Positions 1 through 8,828 of a stretch of 64,000 nt of DNA are shown piece after piece. The stretch is from Spirochaetaceae bacterium (GTDB taxonomy: Bacteria > Spirochaetota > Spirochaetia > DSM-2461). Made by a program: the position numbers and the translations under genes. The stretch covers positions 32,001 to 96,000 of the forward strand of contig JAOPTT010000003.1 of NCBI GenBank assembly GCA_051531975.1, in the 5' to 3' direction. A model generated the notes under the pieces. It saw nothing but the letters and a program-made list of their open reading frames with translations, searched no databases and had not been told where the DNA came from. Position 1 is the stretch's first letter; each line of letters starts with the position of its first letter.

Positions 1-829
1 AAAAGGCCAAATATTTGGTTTATTAGGCCCTAATGGCGCCGGGAAATCCACAACTATCAAAATGATTATGAATATATTAGATCCTGATAGTGGTACTATC
101 TTATTTGATGGGAAACAACTTAAAAGTTCTGATAAAGACAAAATAGGTTACCTACCAGAAGAGAGAGGGATCTATAAAAAGCAGAATGTAACGGAGTTTA
201 TTACTTATTTTGGTATGTTAAAGGGGAAAACACCAGCTCAGCTGAATCTACAAATTCAGAAATGGTTAACTTTCTTTGATCTAAATGACTGGAAATATAA
301 AAAAACAGAAGAACTATCAAAAGGTATGAGCCAGAAAGTTCAATTTATTACTGCGATAGTACATGATCCAGACTTTATAATACTTGATGAACCTTTTAGT
401 GGTTTAGATCCACTGAGTATGGATAAATTAAGAGAAGCAATACTGCTTTTAAAAGATGAGGGAAAAACTATTTTATTCTCAACACATGTTATGGAACAAG
501 CGGAAAAACTATGCTCCCATATTATGATTATCAATAAAGGAGAAGCGGTTATAAATGGTGAAATATCCGATATAAAAAAATCCTTTGGTAACAGATCAGT
601 TGCGTTAGAATTTGACGGTAATGGTGGATTTATCTCGGATTTAGAAGAAGTAGAATCAATTATAGAGTATCCAAGATATGTGGAAGTAGAGCTTAAAGAT
701 GAATCTTTAAGTGATAGTTTCCTGAAAAATATTGTAGGAAAAATATCTATTAAAAGATTTGAAAAGATTGTTCCTTCGTTACATAAAATTTTCATTAAAA
801 CCGTGGGAGGAGATATCGAAAATGAATAA
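1..829 (+). CDS. ABC-2 type transporter ATP-binding protein (5'-truncated by window edge)
   Basis: The frame is open from position 2 and contains Walker A GPNGAGKST upstream of the ORF-track start at 62. Signature LSKGMSQ, Walker B IILDEP and H-loop STH are present. Confidence 0.93.
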   Translation, partial: KGQIFGLLGPNGAGKSTTIKMIMNILDPDSGTILFDGKQLKSSDKDKIGYLPEERGIYKKQNVTEFITYFGMLKGKTPAQLNLQIQKWLTFFDLNDWKYKKTEELSKGMSQKVQFITAIVHDPDFIILDEPFSGLDPLSMDKLREAILLLKDEGKTILFSTHVMEQAEKLCSHIMIINKGEAVINGEISDIKKSFGNRSVALEFDGNGGFISDLEEVESIIEYPRYVEVELKDESLSDSFLKNIVGKISIKRFEKIVPSLHKIFIKTVGGDIENE

Positions 830-2051
830 ACTTCTAATAATTTTCAAACACGAATTCAGACAAATAACCAAGGGTAAACTATTTATATTAATGACTCTTC
901 TAGCTCCTCTATTTTTTATTGGATTAATTGTCATTATTGGATTTGTATCAAACAGTTCACAAAAAACAGAGGAAAATGCCTCTATAGCTATTTATTGCCA
1001 AAATGAAGAAATTATAAGTAGTCTTAAATCTACTTTAATAGAAGAGGGTCTAAATATCATCGTTGTGGAAAACGAAAAAAAAGGTAAAGAATTAGTTATA
1101 CAAGAAGAGTGTAAAGGCTTCACTTATATTCCTGATGACATTATGTCTATATCATCTATTAAATACTATTCTTCTACAGGAACTGATTTTCAGTACTCAA
1201 AAATAGTACTAAACGCAGTAAGGGATTTTGTCTTTAATCAAAAAAAATTACAGCTTGGATTATCTCTAAAAGAGAGTAACTGGTTATCTGAAAAGATAGA
1301 TATGAAAAGTCTAAAACTTTCTGATGATGGATCAACTGATGATTCAAATTTTCAGGGTATATTAATTGTTGTTATGGCTATTTCTTTTCTGATCATGATA
1401 ACGGTTGTAGTTTACGGTATTAGTGCAGCTAGATCTGTATTAACAGATAAGGCATCTAAAACTATAGAGATGTTATTAAGTTCTGTGGACCCATATAAAA
1501 TACTTCTTGGTAAAGTATTAGGTAGTGGTCTTGCAGGGCTGTTACAGTTCTCTATTTGGATGACAATGGCTGCTCTTGCTATTAAATTAATACTTCCGTT
1601 AATAAAGTTAGAGATTCCTTTGGGGTTTTTAACTACAGGAAATATAATTTCAATCTTTATTTTATTTATACTTGGATTTTTCTTCTATCTTTTTATATAT
1701 GGAGCTATGGGTGCAAATGTAGAGAATGAACAAAACTTAGGCCAGTTACAGATACCTTTACAGATGGTTTTAATGATACCTTGGATGTTAAATACTTCAA
1801 TAATATCAAACCCAAATAGTACCATGGCTAAAGTCCTAAGTTATATACCATTTACATCTCCAACAGTTATGACAACAAGAGTATTAATTGATTCACCAGG
1901 AATCCCGATGGTCATTTTATCTATGAGTATATTATTGGGATCACTGATTTTAGTTCTATTTGCATCAGCAAAACTATTTAAAATTGGTCTTTTAACAAAA
2001 GGTAAAAAGATTAACTTTATACAATTTATAGGCTATCTGTTTAAGAAATAA
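822..2051 (+). CDS. ABC-2 type permease (NatB/YhaP-like)
   Basis: ATG at 822 follows a GGAGG RBS and overlaps the ATPase stop. One N-terminal TM, an extracytoplasmic domain, the motif DKASKTIEMLLSS..LLGKVLG and about 5 C-terminal TMs. Confidence 0.88.
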   Translation: MNKLLIIFKHEFRQITKGKLFILMTLLAPLFFIGLIVIIGFVSNSSQKTEENASIAIYCQNEEIISSLKSTLIEEGLNIIVVENEKKGKELVIQEECKGFTYIPDDIMSISSIKYYSSTGTDFQYSKIVLNAVRDFVFNQKKLQLGLSLKESNWLSEKIDMKSLKLSDDGSTDDSNFQGILIVVMAISFLIMITVVVYGISAARSVLTDKASKTIEMLLSSVDPYKILLGKVLGSGLAGLLQFSIWMTMAALAIKLILPLIKLEIPLGFLTTGNIISIFILFILGFFFYLFIYGAMGANVENEQNLGQLQIPLQMVLMIPWMLNTSIISNPNSTMAKVLSYIPFTSPTVMTTRVLIDSPGIPMVILSMSILLGSLILVLFASAKLFKIGLLTKGKKINFIQFIGYLFKK

Positions 2052-3870
2052 GTTTTAATAAATTAACCTTAAGGCGTTTTCCTCTTAAGGTTACTCCATC
2101 TAATTTTTGGAATTTATTTTTGTTTAAATTTCCTGGAGAAAGACTTTGATGCACACTCTCTCCAATAAGTAGATCAGTTTCGAATTTTTTAGTTAAACTT
2201 TCTATTCTAGAAGCTACATTTACAGTATCTCCAATTACTGTATATTCCAATTTATTAGAGTTTCCTACATTCCCTGCAATAACATCTCCTGTATGTATAC
2301 CAATCCCTATTTTAACAGTGAAAATACCATTTTTAACCCTTTCATTATTAAAGTCCTCTAATCTTTTTTGTATAGTAAAAGCAGCTTCTACAGCTCGATC
2401 AGCATGATCCTTTGAAGCTATTGGGACACCAAAAAGTACTAATATACCATCTCCCATAAACTTATCAATTATTCCACCGTACTGATGAACAACACCTATT
2501 AATACATTATAATATTCATTTAAAAAACTAATTGTTTCGTGGGGAGTTATAGTTTCGGATAAAGCAGTAAATCCACGGATATCAGCAAATAAAATTGTAG
2601 CTTTATACATAGACCCATTAAGATCAACATTCCCATTTAAGATCTCTTCTGAAATTTCAGCAGAAAGATACTGTCCAAATAGAGACTTAATTCTTTCCCT
2701 CTCTTTAAGACCGTCTAGCATTTGATTAAAACCATTGGATAACTGACCAGTCTCTTCTCTAGATCGCACAACAGTATATGAATCCAAATTACCTTTAGAA
2801 ACACTCTTCATAGAACGAAGTAGTTCCTTGATAGGTTTTAATATTGATACATTACTCCATTGGATCATTTTTAAAACATAAATAATTGTAAAAAATAGAC
2901 CTGTTGCGATACCAAAGAGTAACTGAATAGAGCTTAGGCCATCCATATATGGAAGGTTTTCTTGTTTATAGACTTCACTAATTGCAAGTTCTCCATTTCC
3001 ATCTGGAATAGCTCTTAATATATTAAAAAGGTCTCCAAAAAGAATTTCTACTTTAACTGGATCTAAACTATTTAAATCTTCTATTAATGTAAAACTTGAA
3101 ACAACATAAAACAGAGTAATAACTAGGGGGACAAATGTTAAAAACACAGTAGTCATAAAAAAACGACCTTTTAGCCCTGGAAAGTTAAAACCACGAGGCA
3201 ACCTTTGCAGTCGTTCACTTGAATATACATGGTGAATATATTTAGTCTGAACCCTAAATTTTTGACCAAAGTAGACTAATAAAAGCCCCAATGTAGATGT
3301 AAATATAGATATGATTAGTATATTTCTAATTATAGAAAACATTTCGTCGGTACTATCTAGGGATCTTAACATAAAAAACAAGGATCTCTGTATATTTAGA
3401 AGACCTAATAGAACTATGCCTCCAATAATTTCAGGGGAATAATTTATTAGAGCTTTAGTATATTTATTGGAAAATGTTCCAATTTTTTTACCAGCTCTTT
3501 TACGCCTAAAGAAATTCTTTATAGGTAAGTTAAAAAGAAAAATAAAAAGACCTACAAAAAAGAACGTTGTACTATTATCACGTATAAAAAGAAGCTTCAT
3601 CTTCTCATTAAACGCGTTTTCTTCTGGGGTCATTAGTTGTTCAAACTCATTTGATTCAAAAAATTCAGGGTTCTCTGAAATTGCACTTTCAATAGCTGGA
3701 AGTTTTGTAAGAACTGATGTTCCTAATTCCATTAACTCATCGACAAAAAGAGAACCTACTAATGAGAGGTTTAGTCCTGCATATATGATCAGAGGGAATA
3801 ATAAAAACAAAAATCCATTGTATTTAGGGACTGATCTATCCTTTTTATATTTAATTCTCTTCATATACAT
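2041..3870 (-). CDS. Membrane-anchored class III adenylate/guanylate cyclase with HAMP domain
   Basis: Several TM segments, HAMP (PIKELL..EETGQLSNGFNQM) and catalytic motifs FADIRGFT, DKFMGDG and GDTVNVASRIE. Confidence 0.92.
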   Translation of the reverse strand: MYMKRIKYKKDRSVPKYNGFLFLLFPLIIYAGLNLSLVGSLFVDELMELGTSVLTKLPAIESAISENPEFFESNEFEQLMTPEENAFNEKMKLLFIRDNSTTFFFVGLFIFLFNLPIKNFFRRKRAGKKIGTFSNKYTKALINYSPEIIGGIVLLGLLNIQRSLFFMLRSLDSTDEMFSIIRNILIISIFTSTLGLLLVYFGQKFRVQTKYIHHVYSSERLQRLPRGFNFPGLKGRFFMTTVFLTFVPLVITLFYVVSSFTLIEDLNSLDPVKVEILFGDLFNILRAIPDGNGELAISEVYKQENLPYMDGLSSIQLLFGIATGLFFTIIYVLKMIQWSNVSILKPIKELLRSMKSVSKGNLDSYTVVRSREETGQLSNGFNQMLDGLKERERIKSLFGQYLSAEISEEILNGNVDLNGSMYKATILFADIRGFTALSETITPHETISFLNEYYNVLIGVVHQYGGIIDKFMGDGILVLFGVPIASKDHADRAVEAAFTIQKRLEDFNNERVKNGIFTVKIGIGIHTGDVIAGNVGNSNKLEYTVIGDTVNVASRIESLTKKFETDLLIGESVHQSLSPGNLNKNKFQKLDGVTLRGKRLKVNLLKLIS

Positions 3871-4255
3871 TTAACCCGGGAACGTCCCATTCTGAAGGAA
3901 TTGCAACCATTTTACCACTGTTATTAACTGAAGCCCATGTAACTTCAGCATCGCAAATAAGATCGTCTCCACGTTTTATCTGCTGATAAAATACCCCACT
4001 TACTCTTTTTCGCTTAATTGGCTTTGTAATTATTGATAAAGTATCGTTAGGTAGAGCAGAAAGTTTATAGTTAATTGTAACTTTAGCAATATATATTCCA
4101 TAACCAGCTTCGACAAAACCTTTATAATCGAGATTAATCTCTTTTAAATACTCGGATCTTGCGTGCTCTAAGTAGTTAAGGTAAACCGCGTTATTAACAT
4201 GCCCGTAAGCATCACATTCATAATGTCTAACTAATATCTCTGTTTTATATTCCAT
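3851..4255 (-). CDS. Acyl-CoA thioesterase, 4HBT/YbgC hot-dog family
   Basis: Motif VRHYECDAYGHVNNAVYLNYLEHAR; 134 aa. Confidence 0.9.
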   Translation of the reverse strand: MEYKTEILVRHYECDAYGHVNNAVYLNYLEHARSEYLKEINLDYKGFVEAGYGIYIAKVTINYKLSALPNDTLSIITKPIKRKRVSGVFYQQIKRGDDLICDAEVTWASVNNSGKMVAIPSEWDVPGLNVYEEN

Positions 4256-4291
4256 ACTTTATATTACACGTTTTTTATTTTAGAATAAAGC

Positions 4292-5035
4292 ATGATAAAA
4301 ATTTATGAAGTAATGTCCATAGAAAATGGGCTACCGCTTTTTTTTATAGAACATATCGAAAGGTTAAAACTATCCATCTCTAGTATTAATGATTATTCAA
4401 TTGATGAATTAATAAAAATTGCAGTAAAAAACATAAAACCCTTCTTAACTACTGAACCAGGATATAATGTTAAATTAACTTATTCTGAAGGAATATTTTC
4501 TGCTAATAGACTGTTTGCAATAAAACCTGATAAAGAAAGATATATATTTGGAGATAAAGTAGGAATCTACGATGCTGAAAGGCATAACCCATTGATCAAG
4601 CAGGAAAACTTAACCTTTAGACAACAAACAGAAATTTACTCTACTAGACACGATTTATACGATGTACTGTTAAAAAATAAGTTAGGCCATATTACTGAAG
4701 GATCAAAATCTAACTTCTTACTTATAGATAAAAAAAATAGAGTTATTACTTCTACAATTGGTGAATCCTTAAATGGTATAACAAGAGACAAAATATTTAA
4801 CATTTGTAAAAAATTAAACATAACTATTATTGAACAAAACATTACAAAAAAAACACTTTCAGAAGTGAAGTGTCTTTTTATTACAGGAACTTCTCCAGAA
4901 ATTTTACCTATAAAGAGTTGTGATAATATAAACTTTACAATTAAAAATAAAACACTAGATATACTAAGATCAGAGTATCTTAAATTAAAAGATAGTAATA
5001 AAATAACCACGAAGGGGTATTTTAATCTTGATTAA
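4292..5035 (+). CDS. PLP-dependent aminotransferase class IV family protein
   Basis: YEVM, HIERL, the PLP lysine in NPLIKQ, ITEGSKSN, LNGITR and FITGTSPEILP. Confidence 0.85.
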   Translation: MIKIYEVMSIENGLPLFFIEHIERLKLSISSINDYSIDELIKIAVKNIKPFLTTEPGYNVKLTYSEGIFSANRLFAIKPDKERYIFGDKVGIYDAERHNPLIKQENLTFRQQTEIYSTRHDLYDVLLKNKLGHITEGSKSNFLLIDKKNRVITSTIGESLNGITRDKIFNICKKLNITIIEQNITKKTLSEVKCLFITGTSPEILPIKSCDNINFTIKNKTLDILRSEYLKLKDSNKITTKGYFNLD

Positions 5036-5281
5036 AAGGCACGGGAATAGGCAGATTGATTATACGAACTGTCCCATCTTATAAAGATCTAAATAGAGAT
5101 TTGGAGAAATTAAGAATTAAATATAAAAAAATGCCAAGAATATATTATACACTATAAAAAAAGAGTAAATATAGAAAAATGATACATGCCTAATGGTGAG
5201 GAGCTTCTTCAGGTTACTAGAGATAGAGAGTATCATTTTAATGTAATAGTTAGAATATTCACTTTTAGGGTGTTTGAGGTG

Positions 5282-5309
5282 ATCAATACGGACATTACTC
5301 CGTATTGAT
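5282..5309. terminator. Perfect 11-bp hairpin downstream of pepD, probable terminator
   Basis: ATCAATACGGA-cattac-TCCGTATTGAT, 8 bp past the pepD stop and between convergent genes. Confidence 0.6.
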
Positions 5310-5316
5310 TCATCTT

Positions 5317-6747
5317 TTAGGTGTGAAATTCTAAATAATTTATAAGTAATTTCCAAATATCCATAATAGTAGAAACTAACATTTTTTCATCTGGACAATG
5401 TGGACTTTTAATAGTTGGCCCTATGGAAATCATCTGCATTTCTGGATATTTTGCTCCAATAACGCCACACTCTAATCCTGCATGTATAACTTCTATTACT
5501 GGGTCTTTTGAAAATACATCTTTATAACTCGCTGTGAACTTCTTTAAAACTGCTGAGTGAAAGTCTGGTTGCCATGAGGGATAACCTCCACCAAACCGGG
5601 CTGAGCCATTAGCTAATGAAACAACAGAATCTATTTTATCACATAACTCATCTAACCTCGACATAACAGAACTTCTTTGACTCATGAGTATTTTAAAGTC
5701 CTTTTCAGAAGTAGATAAAACTGCAAGATTACAGGACGTTTCAACTATTCCCTCCATCTCTTTTGAATAATTTGCTACTCCGTGGGGAAGTGCCAAAATA
5801 AGATCAATTATACTTCTATCACTAAAACTTGAAACATTATCACTTGGAGTTAATTCTAATGTAATTCCTGTGTCTGATGAAAAAAACTCATTTTTAATAA
5901 CATCTATTAAGGTTAGCAATGTATCTTGTGCTTTTTTCATGTCAGTTGATTTTAAACATATAGTAGCTGAACTATCTCTAGCTATTGCATTATGAGCACT
6001 CCCACCACTTATGTTGTTTATACCAAAATCAATATCTACCTTTGTAAGACTATTTAATAGCCTGGCTAATATTATATTTGCATTAGCTTTCTCTAGATGT
6101 ATTTCAACACCAGAATGACCACCTTTTAGTCCTCCTATAATTAAAGTTAAACTTTGATCAAAATCTTTATTTAAGTATGGTTTTCTCTTAGTTGTAATTT
6201 TTGCATCTCGACCACCAGCACAGCCTATTGTAAAAACACCTTCGTCTTCTGAATCGATATTAATTAGGGTCTTACCAGTTAACCAGTTTGTAGGTAAGTT
6301 AACAGCTCCTGTTAATCCAGTCTCTTCATCTACCGTAAATATTAGTTCTAGTGGAGGATGTTTTACATCTGGATCTATTGATAAAGCCATTGCTATTGCT
6401 AAAGCTATTCCATTATCTGCACCTAATGAAGTTTCAGTTGCTTTTAACCAGCCATCTTCTTGATACATTTTTATTGGATCTGTAGCAAAATTATGTTTTG
6501 AACCTACAATTTTTTCACATACCATATCCATATGACCTTGAAAAATAATAGTTTCTCTGTCTTCATATCCCGCTGATCCTGGAACTTTTATTAAAACATC
6601 TAAATATGTATCCCGTTCTACTTCAAAATGGTTTTTTGTAGCCCAATCAACTAGCCAGTCTGATATTGCTTCTTCGTTTTTAGACTTTCTAGGGATGTTA
6701 TTTATTTCTGTAAATATGTCTAATATGTTCTCTAATTTTAAATTCAT
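5317..6747 (-). CDS. pepD: Aminoacyl-histidine dipeptidase (peptidase D, M20C)
   Basis: QGHMDMVCEK, LGADNGI, TVDEETG, DSEDEG, GGHSG, IHAGLECG and SPHCPDE. Start placed at ATG 6747, after a GAGGA RBS. Confidence 0.93.
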   Translation of the reverse strand: MNLKLENILDIFTEINNIPRKSKNEEAISDWLVDWATKNHFEVERDTYLDVLIKVPGSAGYEDRETIIFQGHMDMVCEKIVGSKHNFATDPIKMYQEDGWLKATETSLGADNGIALAIAMALSIDPDVKHPPLELIFTVDEETGLTGAVNLPTNWLTGKTLINIDSEDEGVFTIGCAGGRDAKITTKRKPYLNKDFDQSLTLIIGGLKGGHSGVEIHLEKANANIILARLLNSLTKVDIDFGINNISGGSAHNAIARDSSATICLKSTDMKKAQDTLLTLIDVIKNEFFSSDTGITLELTPSDNVSSFSDRSIIDLILALPHGVANYSKEMEGIVETSCNLAVLSTSEKDFKILMSQRSSVMSRLDELCDKIDSVVSLANGSARFGGGYPSWQPDFHSAVLKKFTASYKDVFSKDPVIEVIHAGLECGVIGAKYPEMQMISIGPTIKSPHCPDEKMLVSTIMDIWKLLINYLEFHT

Positions 6748-6770
6748 AATAGTCCTCATTTGCATTTTTG

Positions 6771-6794
6771 GTTAGTTTGATGCATCAAATTAAC
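6771..6794. promoter_or_regulatory. 24-bp near-perfect palindrome (candidate repressor operator) between pepD and nagA
   Basis: GTTAGTTTGATGCATCAAATTAAC has one mismatched pair and abuts the nagA -35 box. Confidence 0.6.
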
Positions 6795-6824
6795 TTGACA
6801 CAGCCTTTAATTATAGCATAAGAT
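6795..6824 (+). promoter_or_regulatory. sigma70-type promoter of nagA
   Basis: TTGACA (6795-6800), 18 bp, TAAGAT (6819-6824), then a GAGGA RBS before ATG 6846. Confidence 0.6.
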
Positions 6825-6845
6825 TATAAATAGAGGAATAAAATT

Positions 6846-8018
6846 ATGGGATATATATGTTTAAAGAACGCTAGAATATTTACAGGTTATACATCAATAG
6901 ATAATGGTGCAGTTATTATTAAAGATGATCAGATTTTTGATGTTGTTGGTACTGAGAGATTAAATAAGCTTACTTTAGAAAGAGATACCCAGATTATTGA
7001 CCTTAATGGAGCCATATTAACAGCTGGTTTTATAGATACTCATATTCATGGATTACATGGCTATGGAACAGAAGATGGTTCAGTAGAATCAATATTAGGA
7101 ATGAGTGAAGCTCTTATTAACTATGGAGTTACTAGTTTTTGTCCAACAATCTACCCTCAACCAGATTTTGATTTTATGAAGAGTTTACACGCTTGTAGAG
7201 ATGCAATTGGACAAGAAAAAGGTGCAAAAATTCGTGGTCTTCATTTAGAGGGTCCTTTTATTTCTAAGGAAAAAAGAGGTGCTCAAAAAGAAGAATGCAT
7301 AAAAGATGTTGATATTGAACTAATGAAGTCTTTTGTTAGAGAGACAAATGAAAATATATCGTTAATGACTGTGGCACCAGAATTAAAAAACATGAGAGAT
7401 TTAGCATTGTACTGTACTAAAAAAGGTATTGTATTATCTGCAGGTCATACAAGTGCTACATATGAGCAGATGGTAGAAGGGATGCAGACAGGTATATTAC
7501 ACTCTACCCACTTCTTTAATGCCATGAGAAAGTTACACCATAGAGATCCAGGTTGTGTGGGTGCTATTATGATTCACCCAGAAATTTCATGTGAATTAAT
7601 TGCAGATGGCATACATGTACACCCATCCTTAGTTAAACTATTATTAAAAGAGAAACCAATAGATAAAGTTGTTTTGATTACAGATGCATTAAAACCTACA
7701 GGGCAAACTTGTGGTTGTTTATTAGCGAATAAAAGAGAAGTTTATCTAACTGACGAAAATATCTTTAGACATAAAGATGATGATGTAATTGCAGGTTCTT
7801 CCTCTACAATGATTGGTGGAATTACTAACTTAACAAAATGGGGTGTAAGTTTAGACCACGCACTTAGAATGGCTTCATCTAACCCTGCAACTGTATTACG
7901 AATGGATAAAGCCGGTGCATTAATTCCTGGAATGTTTGCAGATATTACTGTAATAGATGATGATTTTAATATAAAAATGACTATGGTATCTGGTAAGATT
8001 TTACTAAATAGACTTTAA
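6846..8018 (+). CDS. nagA: N-acetylglucosamine-6-phosphate deacetylase
   Basis: GFIDTHIHG, GLHLEGPF, TVAPE, AGHT, THFFNAM, IADGIHVHP and LITDA. Confidence 0.93.
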   Translation: MGYICLKNARIFTGYTSIDNGAVIIKDDQIFDVVGTERLNKLTLERDTQIIDLNGAILTAGFIDTHIHGLHGYGTEDGSVESILGMSEALINYGVTSFCPTIYPQPDFDFMKSLHACRDAIGQEKGAKIRGLHLEGPFISKEKRGAQKEECIKDVDIELMKSFVRETNENISLMTVAPELKNMRDLALYCTKKGIVLSAGHTSATYEQMVEGMQTGILHSTHFFNAMRKLHHRDPGCVGAIMIHPEISCELIADGIHVHPSLVKLLLKEKPIDKVVLITDALKPTGQTCGCLLANKREVYLTDENIFRHKDDDVIAGSSSTMIGGITNLTKWGVSLDHALRMASSNPATVLRMDKAGALIPGMFADITVIDDDFNIKMTMVSGKILLNRL

Positions 8019-8828
8019 AAAATCTTCTTTTTGATTAACATAGTTTACTGATTCAGATATCTTATCTCTTTTAATACAGCCATTAATTATGATATCGAAT
8101 TTTTTATTTATTGATTCCACTGCTAATAGTCTATTTTTAGTAGTTAGGTAATTGCCAATGATAAGCTTCTTTAATACATGGATTTTAAAGGGCTCAATAA
8201 AACCATATTTAAATGATAGTTGGTCTTTGTGTCCTGCATATTTTATTATAAGTTCTTTGTCTAAATAATCTACTTTAGTATCATTACAAATTCTAAGCCA
8301 GAGATCATAATCTTCACCTACTTCTATAGTCTCATCAAAACCATTAAACCTATTATATAGATCCTTGTTTAGTAGCACAGTAGACGGACCTAATATGCAA
8401 CCCTGTAAGGATTCTAAAAAGACATCTCCAGATTTTTTATGTTTTCTCTTTTTTTGGGAAACTACTTTATCTCCCATAATCCATCTCTCTTTAGTATGAA
8501 GAAGTTGGCATTCAGGGTTATTTTTAAAATATTGTCTTTGCTCTTCTAACTTATTTGGAAGCCAAACATCATCCGAGTCTAAAAATGCTAAAAACTGGCC
8601 TTTTGATAGTTCTACACCTCTGTTTCTTACTTTACCAGGATATCCACAATGTTCTATCTTAAAATAAGTTACATTTTCCATTGGGAAAAGAGTGGATGTT
8701 TCATCTGTCGATCCATCGTCAACTACTATAATTTCAGTCGCTTTAGATGTCTGTCCTAAAACTGAACCTATAGCTCTTTTTAACATTATAGCTCTATTAT
8801 ATGTTGGTATTATTACTGAGATATTCAC
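8004..8828 (-). CDS. Glycosyltransferase family 2
   Basis: ISVIIPTYNR, VVDDGSTD, FLDSDD and EDYDLWLR. The GTG start directly follows the TAG of the giant gene. Confidence 0.92.
   Translation of the reverse strand: MNISVIIPTYNRAIMLKRAIGSVLGQTSKATEIIVVDDGSTDETSTLFPMENVTYFKIEHCGYPGKVRNRGVELSKGQFLAFLDSDDVWLPNKLEEQRQYFKNNPECQLLHTKERWIMGDKVVSQKKRKHKKSGDVFLESLQGCILGPSTVLLNKDLYNRFNGFDETIEVGEDYDLWLRICNDTKVDYLDKELIIKYAGHKDQLSFKYGFIEPFKIHVLKKLIIGNYLTTKNRLLAVESINKKFDIIINGCIKRDKISESVNYVNQKEDFLKSI

Noticed and set aside
5035..5156. Frame reading KGTGIGRLII..., resembling GNAT motif A
   Set aside because: Too short, with no start codon and no further GNAT features. It could be chance.
5117..5356. 79-aa minus-strand ORF
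   Set aside because: It overlaps the pepD end and a terminator hairpin, and has a low-complexity hydrophobic tail.
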